From contig CAVUGU010000031.1 in NCBI GenBank assembly GCA_963741055.1, forward strand, positions 3,963 to 67,962: 64,000 bases of DNA, given 5' to 3'. Below, in pieces: positions 48,263 through 56,978 of this stretch. The stretch's first letter is position 1. Each line of letters begins with the position of its first letter. The notes under the pieces are model-generated. The model was not told the origin of the DNA and searched no databases. It saw only the letters and a program-made list of their open reading frames with translations. The position numbers and the translations under genes are program-made. The stretch is from an uncultured Acidimicrobiales bacterium. GTDB taxonomy: Bacteria > Actinomycetota > Acidimicrobiia > Acidimicrobiales > RAAP-2.

Positions 48263-49902
48263 GCTCGGCGGTGCGCCCGAGCCGGAACGCCTTGTAGTCG
48301 CTCTGCACGACGTCGGCGATCATCGAGAGGAGCTTCGGGCGCCCACCCGAGTTGAGTAGGTACTTCTTGGCCTTGCCCGGGATGTTGGTGCCGAAGAAGT
48401 AGCTGCTCTCGCCGAAGGGTTGGTCGGCGGCACCCCGGTCGACCATGCTCGTCCACTCCTCCTCGGCGGCCGGGTCCACCTCGATGGTGTCGTAGCCGTG
48501 GGCGCGGAGGTACACCAATGCGTCGGTGATGAAGTCCACCTGGTCCCCGTTGTAGCGCGGGTTGTTGCCGGCGGCCGCGTGCGGGCCGCCGGGGAAGAAG
48601 AGGTTGGGGAAGCCGGTCGACTGGATCCCGAGGAACGTCTTCGGGCCGTCGGCCCAGTCGTCCTCGAGGGCGAGATCGCGCCGGCCCCGGATCCCCATTC
48701 GCAGGAGCGCTCCGGTGCCGAAGTCGAAGCCGGTCGCCCATACCACGACGTCGAACGGACGGGCTCCGTCGGTGGTCTCGATCCCGTCGGCAGTCATGCG
48801 AACGATCGGAGTGTCGCCGAGGTCGACCAGAGTGACGTTGCGCCGGTTGAAGGCCTCGTAGTAGTCGGCGACGAAGGGCGGGCGCTTCTCCGCGAATCGA
48901 TGGTCCTTCGGGATCAGCTTGTCGGCGGTGTCGGGGTCGAGGACGATGCTCCGGATCTTCTCCGCGACGAACCCGCACCACTCCTCGTTCGCGGCGCGAT
49001 CGAACAGCAGGTCGGTGTAATTGCTGGTGAGCTTGGAGAACCCGGGGCTCCTCCACATCTTCTCGTAGAAGGCCCGCCTTTCCTCGCTCGAGTCGTCGAA
49101 GGTGGCTCGATCGTGCACGCGATGGAGAAACCCGCTCGGCGAGGTGCTCAGCTTCTTGGAGATCTTCTCGAAGTCGGCCCGCAGCTGCGCCTGCTCGGTC
49201 GCGGTGATCGGCGCGTTGTTGAGCGGGGTGCACCAGTTGGCGGTGCGCTGGTACACGGTGAGGGAGGCGACCTGGTCGGCGATGGCCGGGATCAGCTGCA
49301 CGCCGCTCGACCCGGTCCCGATGACGGCCACCCGTTTGCCGGCGAAGTCGACCGGCGCTTGCGGCCAGAGCCCGGTGTGGTACGACTCGCCTCGGAAATC
49401 CTCGCGCCCGGGCACCTCGGGGAAGTACGGCACCGAGAGAACGCCGGTGGCGGCGACGAGGAACCGAGTCCGGAACCGGGCACCGTCGCTCGTCGTCAGC
49501 GTCCACCGCCCGGACGACTCGTCGTACGCGGCCGACTTCACCTTCGAGCCCACTCGGATGTGGCGCCGGAGGTCGAACCGGTCCACCACGTGATTGAGAT
49601 AGCGCTCGGTCTCCGGCTGGGCTGCGAACTGCTCCTGCCACTCCCACTCGTCGAAGAGCGGCTTGGAGAAGAGGTACGCGTAGGTGTAGCTCTCCGAGTC
49701 GAAGCGCGCCCCGGGGTAACGGTTCCAGAACCAGGTGCCGCCGACCCCGTCGCCCGCCTCGAGCAGCTGGACGGAGAAGCCTGCCTCGTCGGGCGCGGTA
49801 GAGCTGGTAGATCCCGGTGATCCCCGCGCCGACGACCAGCACGTCGACGTCCGCGGCGAATCCCTCCGAGCTCAGGTCGGATGCAGCTTCGGCGGGTTCC
49901 AT
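48240..49902 (-). CDS. Baeyer-Villiger (flavin-containing) monooxygenase; one frame break near 49790
   Basis: VLVVGAGITG (FAD GxGxxG) in one frame. Then EAGFSVQLLEAGDGVGGTW, FxGxxxHxxxW (FRGESYHTGLW) and VIGTGSSG (NADPH) in the frame of ORF 48240..49589. Confidence 0.85.
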
Positions 49903-49986
49903 GAGCCTCCGCGGTGATGATCCCCTGCAGGGTGTGCGCGACCCGTCCGCGCGCAGGGGCGGCGCGCTCCGGTCCAACGACGCGTA

Positions 49987-50004
49987 TTGTACCGACCGGT
50001 TAGT
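49987..50004. promoter_or_regulatory. Operator-like motif copy 4: TTGTACCGACCGGTTAGT
   Basis: Lies in the divergent spacer between the BVMO (start 49902, minus) and the Rieske oxygenase (start 50043, plus). Confidence 0.55.
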
Positions 50005-50042
50005 ATACGGATTCCACAGCGCAACTCCAGGAAGGTGACCGC

Positions 50043-51405
50043 GTGGCGATCGTGGATCGGAAATCGCCGGCGCTCCCGGTGCCCTACGCGATGGAGTTCG
50101 CGGACCGGGCGCGAAAGGAGCGCTACTTCGATCCGGACTTCTACCAGATGGAGACCGAGCTCCTCTGGCCCCGGGTCTGGCAGATGGCGTGCCGCCTCGA
50201 AGAGATTCCCGAGCCAGGGCGACTTCGTCGAGTACCGGATCCTCGACCAGTCGGTTGTCGTGCTCCGCACCGACGACATGGGGGTGAGGGCGTTCCACAA
50301 CGTCTGCCGTCACCGGGGTGTGCGCCTGGTCGAGGGCCGCGGGCGGTGCGAGAGCGGGTTCGTCTGCCCCTTCCACGGCTGGTGTTACGGCCCCGACGGC
50401 GCGAACACCTTCGTGCCGCGGGCGAAGACGTTCTCCGAGCACAACCGCCAGCCCGGGGACGTCGACCTCACACCCGTGCGCTGCGAGGTGTGGGGCGGCT
50501 GCGCATGGATCAACCTCGACGAGGCAGCACCCCCGCTCCGGGAGTGCATCGAGCCGTTCGCAACCGTGCAGGATGCCTGGAAGGTCGAGTCGCTGCGGAC
50601 CGAGTGGTGGTACGCCTGCCGGCTTCCCGTGAACTGGAAGTTGGCCGAAGAGGCCTTCATGGAGCAGTACCACGTGATCCAGACCCACCCCCAGCTGGTG
50701 ATCCCCGCGAGGTATCCGCCACGCGACGGTGCCGGCGAAGTGGACACGCTGATCGACGGGGAGCTCCACTACCTCCGGATGATGAGCGAGGGCATGGCCG
50801 GCATGGTGCACGCCAACGACGTGCGAGTGGCCGAAACGCTCCACGACGTGGCGCTGCCCGAAGACCCGACGCTCGCGCTTCCGACATGGCACCACATGCT
50901 CAACGACGCGATCGTCGAATGGCACCGCTCCCGCGGATCGGACGTCCCCGACTTGAACGAGCTCGAGGAGAAGGGGCTCAACGAGCCGATGGGCTACTGC
51001 TTCCCGCATTACTTCGTCCTGCCCATGTACAGCAGCGCCTCCTCGTACCGCTTCCGCCCCCTCGGGCCCGAGGAGACCCTGATGGAGATCTGGTCGCTCA
51101 CCCGCTTCCCGGACGACGAGCAGACGACGAGGCCCACGCCGCCCGAGCCGTGGGAGTGCGACGACCCGCGCTGGCCGCCGATTCCGGCCCAGGACTTCTC
51201 CAATCTGCCCAAGCAACAGCGCGGCCTCCACGCCAGGTCCTTCGAGTACCTGCGGCTGTCCGAACAGGTCGAGGGCGGGATCTCCAACTTCGAGCGGACC
51301 GTCGACGGTTTCCTCGCCGGCCTCCCCTACGAGAGACTGCTCCCCGCCCTGCAGGCGATCAACGTGAACCCGCTCGAGCAACCGGTCGTCGACCTCGGCC
51401 TGTGA
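50043..51405 (+). CDS. Rieske [2Fe-2S] non-heme-iron oxygenase, alpha-subunit type; one frame break near 50216
   Basis: CRHRG...CPFHGW Rieske motif and EQYHVIQTHP (mononuclear Fe His pair region). The N-terminal 58 aa are in the frame of ORF 50043... An extra G in a GGG run shifts to the frame of ORF 49987..51405. Confidence 0.85.
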
Positions 51406-51439
51406 TCGAGCGGAGAGGCCCCGTCACCCGAGAGGACCC

Positions 51440-52735
51440 ATGAGCGACGTGACCACCGACTACGACGACATCGACTTCTTCCGCGGGAACGAGCTCGTCT
51501 CCGACCCCTATCCCTATTTCGACTGGCTGCGGGCCCAGTGTCCCGTCCACCGTGAGGCGCAGCACGGTGTCTACATGGTCACCGGCTACGAGGAGGCGTG
51601 CGCCGTCTACGCCGACACCGACTCGTTCTCGTCGTGCAATTCGGTGAGTGGTCCGTTCCCCGGGTTTCCGGTCCCGCTCGAGGGCGACGACGTGAGCGAG
51701 GTCATCGAGGAACACCGCGACGAGCTGCCTTTCAGCGACCAGATCACCACGATGGACCCGCCGAAGCATCGTGACCACCGGCATCTGCTCATGCGGCAGC
51801 TCACCCCGAAGCGGCTGAAGGAGAACGAGGAATTCGTGTGGCGACTCGCCGACCGGCAGATCGACGAGTGGGTCGATCGCGGTGAGTGCGAGTTCATCGG
51901 GGACTACGCCAACCCGTTCACCCTCTTCGTCATCGCCGATCTCCTCGGCGTCCCAGAGGAGGAACATCAGGAATTCAGAGACGCGCTCGCACGGCGGCCT
52001 CGCGACAGCGCGGTCGGGAGCACGAAGGACATGCTCGCCCACAGCCCGCTCGAGTGGCTCTACGAGCGGTTCAGCCGGTACGTCGAGGATCGCCGGCGCG
52101 AGCCCCGCCAGGACGTGCTCACCACGTTGGCCACGACCACCTTCCCCGACGGAACCTTGCCCGAGGTCATCGACGTGGTCCGGGTCGCCGCCAACCTGTT
52201 CGCCGCCGGGCAGGAGACCACCGTCCGGTTGCTCGGCGCCTCACTGCAGCTGATCGGTGAGCGCCCCGAGGTGCAGCAGCTCCTCCGCGAACGGCGCGAC
52301 CTCGTCCCCGGTTTCGTCGAGGAGATGCTCCGCACCGAGTCGCCGGTGAAAGGTGACTTCCGCCTCGCGCGGCGACGGACCACCGTCGGCGGCGTGGACG
52401 TCCCGGCCGGTAGCACCCTGATGGTGCTCAACGGCGCCGCCAACCGCGATCCGCGTCGTTTCGAAGACGCCGAGACCTTCGAGCTCGAACGCGCCAACTC
52501 CCGCGAGCACCTCGCCTTCGGACGCGGACCGCACAGCTGCCCGGGCGGACCACTCGCCCGAATGGAGACGCGGGTGAGCATCGAGCGGCTCCTCGACCGT
52601 CTGGGGGAGATCCGCATCTCGGAGGAACACCACGGGCCGCCCGGTGCACGCCGCTACGAGCACATCCCGACCTACATCCTCCGTGGCCTCACTCGGCTCT
52701 ATCTCGAGTTCGCCCCTGCCCAGCGCTCCGGGTGA
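51440..52735 (+). CDS. Cytochrome P450
   Basis: AGQETT (I-helix), ESPV (ExxR region), and the heme loop FGRGPHSCPGGPLAR, in an intact 431-aa frame. Confidence 0.9.
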   Translation: MSDVTTDYDDIDFFRGNELVSDPYPYFDWLRAQCPVHREAQHGVYMVTGYEEACAVYADTDSFSSCNSVSGPFPGFPVPLEGDDVSEVIEEHRDELPFSDQITTMDPPKHRDHRHLLMRQLTPKRLKENEEFVWRLADRQIDEWVDRGECEFIGDYANPFTLFVIADLLGVPEEEHQEFRDALARRPRDSAVGSTKDMLAHSPLEWLYERFSRYVEDRRREPRQDVLTTLATTTFPDGTLPEVIDVVRVAANLFAAGQETTVRLLGASLQLIGERPEVQQLLRERRDLVPGFVEEMLRTESPVKGDFRLARRRTTVGGVDVPAGSTLMVLNGAANRDPRRFEDAETFELERANSREHLAFGRGPHSCPGGPLARMETRVSIERLLDRLGEIRISEEHHGPPGARRYEHIPTYILRGLTRLYLEFAPAQRSG

Positions 52736-52750
52736 GCCGGGAAGGCAAGC

Positions 52751-53578
52751 TCACTCGGTGAACTCGGGCAGGATCTCCCGGGCGAACTGCTCCACCTGGT
52801 CTCTGCCCGCGTCGGGCCACCCACAGACCAGGTACCCATAGCCGGCGTCGCGCCACTTTCCCGCGTGCTTGCGTGCGGTCTCGAGGTCGTCGAGCGAGAG
52901 CGAGCTCGCCCGCATGATCGACGAAGGACTGCGATCCGCTGCGCTCGCGAGCTCGTCGACCATCCGGTTGGTCTCCCGCAGCGAATTGGGGGTTCCCCAC
53001 GAGTGCCAGACGTCCGCGTAACGGGCGACCAGCGGGAGGGTTCGCCGCGGACCACTGCCCCCGATCCAGATCGGCGGATGGGGCTGCTGGACCGGCACCG
53101 GCCTCATCTGCGCGTCGTGGAGCGACACGACCTTCCCCTCGTAGGACACGACCTCGCCGGTGAAGAGCCGGGTCATGACCTCGAGTGCGTCGTGGAGCAA
53201 GTCGAACCGCTCGGATGTCGGCGGGAACGGGATGCCGAGCTCGTTGTGTTCCTTGTCGAACCAGGCCGCGCCCAATGCGAGCTCGAGCCGCCCGTGCGAG
53301 GCATGGTCGACGGTGACCGCCTGGGCGGCAAGGACCGACGGGTGCCGGTAGGTGACGCCGGTGACGAGCAACCCGAGCCGGATCCTCGAGGTCTGCCCGC
53401 TCAGCGCGGCGAGGGTGGTCATGCCCTCGAAGGTCTCTCCGGGCCCCGATCCGTACATGGGCTCGAAGTGGTCGAAGCCCCACGCTCCGTCGAAGCCGAG
53501 ATCTTCGGCGAGCTGGACGCGGTCGACCAGCTCGTCCCACGGCATACGTTGTTGTGCGACGTCGAGTCCGAAACGCAT
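52751..53578 (-). CDS. LLM-class (luciferase-like) F420-dependent oxidoreductase
   Basis: MRFGL..., GFDGAWGFDHF, LGLLVTGVTYRHP, GRLELALGAAW. Confidence 0.8.
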   Translation of the reverse strand: MRFGLDVAQQRMPWDELVDRVQLAEDLGFDGAWGFDHFEPMYGSGPGETFEGMTTLAALSGQTSRIRLGLLVTGVTYRHPSVLAAQAVTVDHASHGRLELALGAAWFDKEHNELGIPFPPTSERFDLLHDALEVMTRLFTGEVVSYEGKVVSLHDAQMRPVPVQQPHPPIWIGGSGPRRTLPLVARYADVWHSWGTPNSLRETNRMVDELASAADRSPSSIMRASSLSLDDLETARKHAGKWRDAGYGYLVCGWPDAGRDQVEQFAREILPEFTE

Positions 53579-53618
53579 TGCCGCACCTTACGCGAGGACC
53601 GCCCGCGCTGCGCCGGGC

Positions 53619-54239
53619 CTATGCCTGCCGGGCTGACCGCGCGGCGCGTGCCGAACGCGGCCCCTCGAAGCGAGTGAGGAGATCCTCGACGAGTCGGACC
53701 GTTTCGTCGTGGCCGCTCGACATGCCGAGCGTTTCGCGTTCGATGACCAGGAAAGTGGAGATGCTGGTCATCAGCACGGCCAGGACGATCGGCGGAATCT
53801 GCCCGGCGTCGATCCCGTCGCGTTCGAGCACACCCTCGAGCCCGGCGAGCTGTTCGGCCCGGAACCGCTCCGCCGAGGCCGCGATCTCCGCCCGTATCGC
53901 CTTGCGGTGATTGGCCAGGGCCACGAACTCCATGGTCAGGGCGGTGCCGCGCGCGTCGCGGCTCAGGTCCCAGAGCGCCCACAGTGGCTGATCGGAGGCC
54001 AAGGCGCGGGCCTGACGTTCGAGCGCCTGCTCGGCGCCGCGACGGAAGAGCGCCAGGAACAGATCGTCCATCGTGCGGAAGTAGTAGTGGACGAGCTGGG
54101 GCTTCAGTCCGGCCTTCGCCGCGACGCGACGGGAGGTCACCGCCGCGTAGCCCTCTTCGAGCATGACCTTCTCCGCGGCGTCGATCAGGGCTGCTCGGGT
54201 CTCGGACGTCTCGGTGCCGATGCGACGCCGCGTGGTCAC
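53619..54239 (-). CDS. TetR-family transcriptional regulator
   Basis: HTH: TRAALIDAAEKVMLEEGYAAVTSRRVAAKAGLKPQLVHYYFRTMDDLF. Confidence 0.85.
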   Translation of the reverse strand: MTTRRRIGTETSETRAALIDAAEKVMLEEGYAAVTSRRVAAKAGLKPQLVHYYFRTMDDLFLALFRRGAEQALERQARALASDQPLWALWDLSRDARGTALTMEFVALANHRKAIRAEIAASAERFRAEQLAGLEGVLERDGIDAGQIPPIVLAVLMTSISTFLVIERETLGMSSGHDETVRLVEDLLTRFEGPRSARAARSARQA

Positions 54240-54299
54240 CCGGGCATCCTGGCCTCCGCGGTCGACAGCGCGTCGGAGGCGAAGGCAGAGAGGCAGGCC

Positions 54300-55048
54300 T
54301 CAGATGTACATCCCCCCGTTGACGCCGATCACCTGCCCGGTGATGTAAGCCCCATCCTCGGAGCAGAGGAACGAGCACGCAGCGGCGATGTCGTCGGGCG
54401 TCCCCGCGCGTCCGAGCGGGACCATCTTGCCCAGGATCTCGATGCTCGGGACGTTCCCTTCTGTCTCGCCCTTCCTGGCCATCGGAGTGTCGACGATGGT
54501 CGGCGGGATGGTGTTGACGGTGATGTTGTGGCCGGCGAGCTCGCGCGCCAGTGCCTTGGTCAACCCGATGACTCCGCCCTTCGACGCCACGTAGTGCGAC
54601 ATGTTGGGCGCGCCGGACTGCGCGCTCGAAGAGGAGATGGTCACCATCCGACCCCAGTTGGCCGCGATCATGTCGGCGACCGCCAGCTGCAGGCAGGTGA
54701 AGGTCCCGGTCAGGTTCACCGCCAGGATCCGGTCCCACTTCTCGGGCGTGACGTCGGCGACAGGATCGAAGGCCTCGATGCCTGCACTGGTGACGACGAT
54801 GGTGATCGGGCCGAACTCGTCGCGGACCGAGGAGTACACCTGCTCGAGCGCACTCGCGGTCGGCGACGTCGACCCCGTAGCCCGACGCGCGGATCGCCTT
54901 GCGCCGACAGCTCGGCGGCAGCCCCTCGCGCGGCGTCGCCATCGAGATCGAGGAGAGCCGTCGCGTGGCCGTCCGCCGCCAGCTTGCGGGCGATGCCGAG
55001 TCCGATGCCCGAAGCCGCACCCGTCACGACTGCCGCCCGTTCGCTCAC
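54300..55048 (-). pseudogene. SDR-family oxidoreductase (FabG-like); 2 frame breaks (~54900, ~54855)
   Basis: VTGAASGIGLGIA in ORF 54716..55048, AIRASGYGVDVADR in a second frame, then ITIVVTSAG...SSSSAQSG...YVASKGG...ITGQVIGVNGG in ORF 54300..55235. Confidence 0.8.
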
Positions 55049-56334
55049 TGCGACACCTCTGCCGGCGTGAACTCGATGTACAGCTTGTGGAGACCGCGGA
55101 GGACCCAGGTCGGCTCGTAGCTGAAGTGGCGATCACCGGGGGGTCCGTGGTGCTCCTCCGAGAGCCGGATGTCCCGCATCCGGTCGAGGATGCGCTCGAC
55201 GCTGACCCGGCCTTCGACCCGTGCCAACGGGCCACCCGGACACGAATGGGCGCCGCGGCCGAAGGCCATGTGCACCTTCGCGTTCGGACGGTCGATACGG
55301 AACTCGGCCGGATCCTCGAACAGCCGGGGGTCGCGGTTTGCGGCGCCGTTCAACACCATCACCGGAGTGCCGGCCTCGATCTCCACTCCCCCGATGGAGG
55401 TCGACCGGCGGGCCAGGCGGAAGTCCGCCTTCACCGGGCTCTCGATTCGCAGCGCCTCCTCGATGAAGTTGGGGATTCGTTCGCGGTGGGCGCGCAGTTC
55501 GTCCTGGAGCTCCGGGTACTCGCAGAGGTACTTGAGCGCGACGGCGAGCAAGCGGGCGGTCGTCTCCTGGCCGGCGGCGAAGAGGAAGGTGGCCGTGCGC
55601 ACGACGGCGGTCACCTCGGGCGTGGACCCGTCCGGGTAGGTCCCGAGGGCCAGGCTGGTCAGCACGTCGTTCTTCGGCTCGCGGCGGCGCTCCTCGATGT
55701 AGTTGGCGAAGTAGTCGTCGAGCCAGGCGAGCGCGTTGATGCCCACTTGGTTCTGCTCGTCGCCGATCGCACCTGGTGAGCCGGAGAGCCCGAAGCCCTC
55801 TCGGAACCGCTGGTGTTCGGTTTCGGGGACCCCGAGCACGTCGGCCACCGTCAGCATGGCGAACGGCTGCGAGTAAGCGGCGATGAACTCGCACTGGCCG
55901 TCGGCGACGAACTCGTCGATCTGGCGGTCGGCGAGCCGCCACATGAACGCCTCGTTCTCCTTCAGACGCTTGGGAGTGAGCAGACGCATGACGAGGGCTC
56001 GCTCACGGGTATGCGCCGGCGGGTCCATGGTCACCATGTGCTCGTTCATCGGCAGCTCGTCGCGGTGCCGATCGATGATCTCGCCGACGTCGTCGCCCTC
56101 GAGTGGCACCGGGAAGGTGGCGAAGGGTCCGATGACCGAGTTGCACGAGGAGAAGGTGCGATTGTCGAGGTAGACCGCCGACGCCTCCTCGTAGCCCGAG
56201 ATGGCGACCACCCCGTGGCTCCCGGTATGGAGCACCGGGCACTTCGACCGCAGGTGGTCGAAGTAGGGGTACGGGTCCTCCAACAGGGACTCGTCCATAA
56301 AGAAATCCACCGAGTCGTAGTCGGCCACGGCCAC
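55045..56334 (-). CDS. Cytochrome P450 (paralog of 51440..52735)
   Basis: AGQETT, ESPV, FGRGAHSCPGGPLAR. It is collinear with the other P450 from the N-terminus (DFF..DPYPYFD) to the C-terminus (LRGL..LY.EF). Confidence 0.9.
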   Translation of the reverse strand: MAVADYDSVDFFMDESLLEDPYPYFDHLRSKCPVLHTGSHGVVAISGYEEASAVYLDNRTFSSCNSVIGPFATFPVPLEGDDVGEIIDRHRDELPMNEHMVTMDPPAHTRERALVMRLLTPKRLKENEAFMWRLADRQIDEFVADGQCEFIAAYSQPFAMLTVADVLGVPETEHQRFREGFGLSGSPGAIGDEQNQVGINALAWLDDYFANYIEERRREPKNDVLTSLALGTYPDGSTPEVTAVVRTATFLFAAGQETTARLLAVALKYLCEYPELQDELRAHRERIPNFIEEALRIESPVKADFRLARRSTSIGGVEIEAGTPVMVLNGAANRDPRLFEDPAEFRIDRPNAKVHMAFGRGAHSCPGGPLARVEGRVSVERILDRMRDIRLSEEHHGPPGDRHFSYEPTWVLRGLHKLYIEFTPAEVSQ

Positions 56335-56352
56335 TCCCTCCCGGACGCCGGA

Positions 56353-56374
56353 ATGCTGAGCAGTTGCTTAGCAT
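56353..56374. promoter_or_regulatory. 22-bp imperfect palindrome ATGCTGAGCAGTTGCTTAGCAT upstream of the P450-SDR-TetR operon
   Basis: 18/22 self-complementary, starting 19 bp upstream of the P450 ATG (56334). It is a different sequence from the TTGTACCGA motif. Confidence 0.45.
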
Positions 56375-56417
56375 CCCTTCCGGGGTGTCCGCCAACCCCC
56401 CTCTGGACCAGAGGTGC

Positions 56418-56957
56418 TCAGTCGGAGTGCTCCACCGCGGACGGCTGTTCGCGATCGGCCGCGGGGGGATCGGCATCTTCGGTCAGGCGCTCCAGATGGG
56501 CCAGACGGAGCTCGTGACTGGCGACCCAGTAGGCCACGTACATCGAGAAGATGGCAGCCGGGATCTCGAAGAAGATCGCCAAGACGATGGCCTCGGCCGT
56601 CGCACCCCTGCCACCGGCGGTGGTGATGTCGAACCAGGCGTCGACGATGAGGAGGGTTGCCGTCGCGGTGGCAGGCAGCTGCACACGCGGGTCCATGCGG
56701 AACGCCAGGTACGCGGTACGGGTGATCACGAACACGAGAAGGATGTCGAAGCCGACCCAGGCAGCCCGGTAGTGGGTGTCGAGATCGCGTTTGGGGAGAG
56801 TGATCGCGAGGTAGACGATCCACGGCATGAGGACGAGCGCTGCGGCCGCGTAGACCCACGCCAGCCGCCGGGCCCCCCGCCGAAGTCGCCAGAGCGCCGC
56901 CCGGTCTTCGCTCGGGTCGGGCACGCGATCCGCACCAGGACTCGTGCTCACCGGCAC
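56418..56957 (-). CDS. Hypothetical 4-TM membrane protein
   Basis: 179 aa with four hydrophobic helices and good GC3. No family was recognised. Confidence 0.45.
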   Translation of the reverse strand: MPVSTSPGADRVPDPSEDRAALWRLRRGARRLAWVYAAAALVLMPWIVYLAITLPKRDLDTHYRAAWVGFDILLVFVITRTAYLAFRMDPRVQLPATATATLLIVDAWFDITTAGGRGATAEAIVLAIFFEIPAAIFSMYVAYWVASHELRLAHLERLTEDADPPAADREQPSAVEHSD

Positions 56958-56978
56958 CAGCCTATGGGCGGCTCCTCC

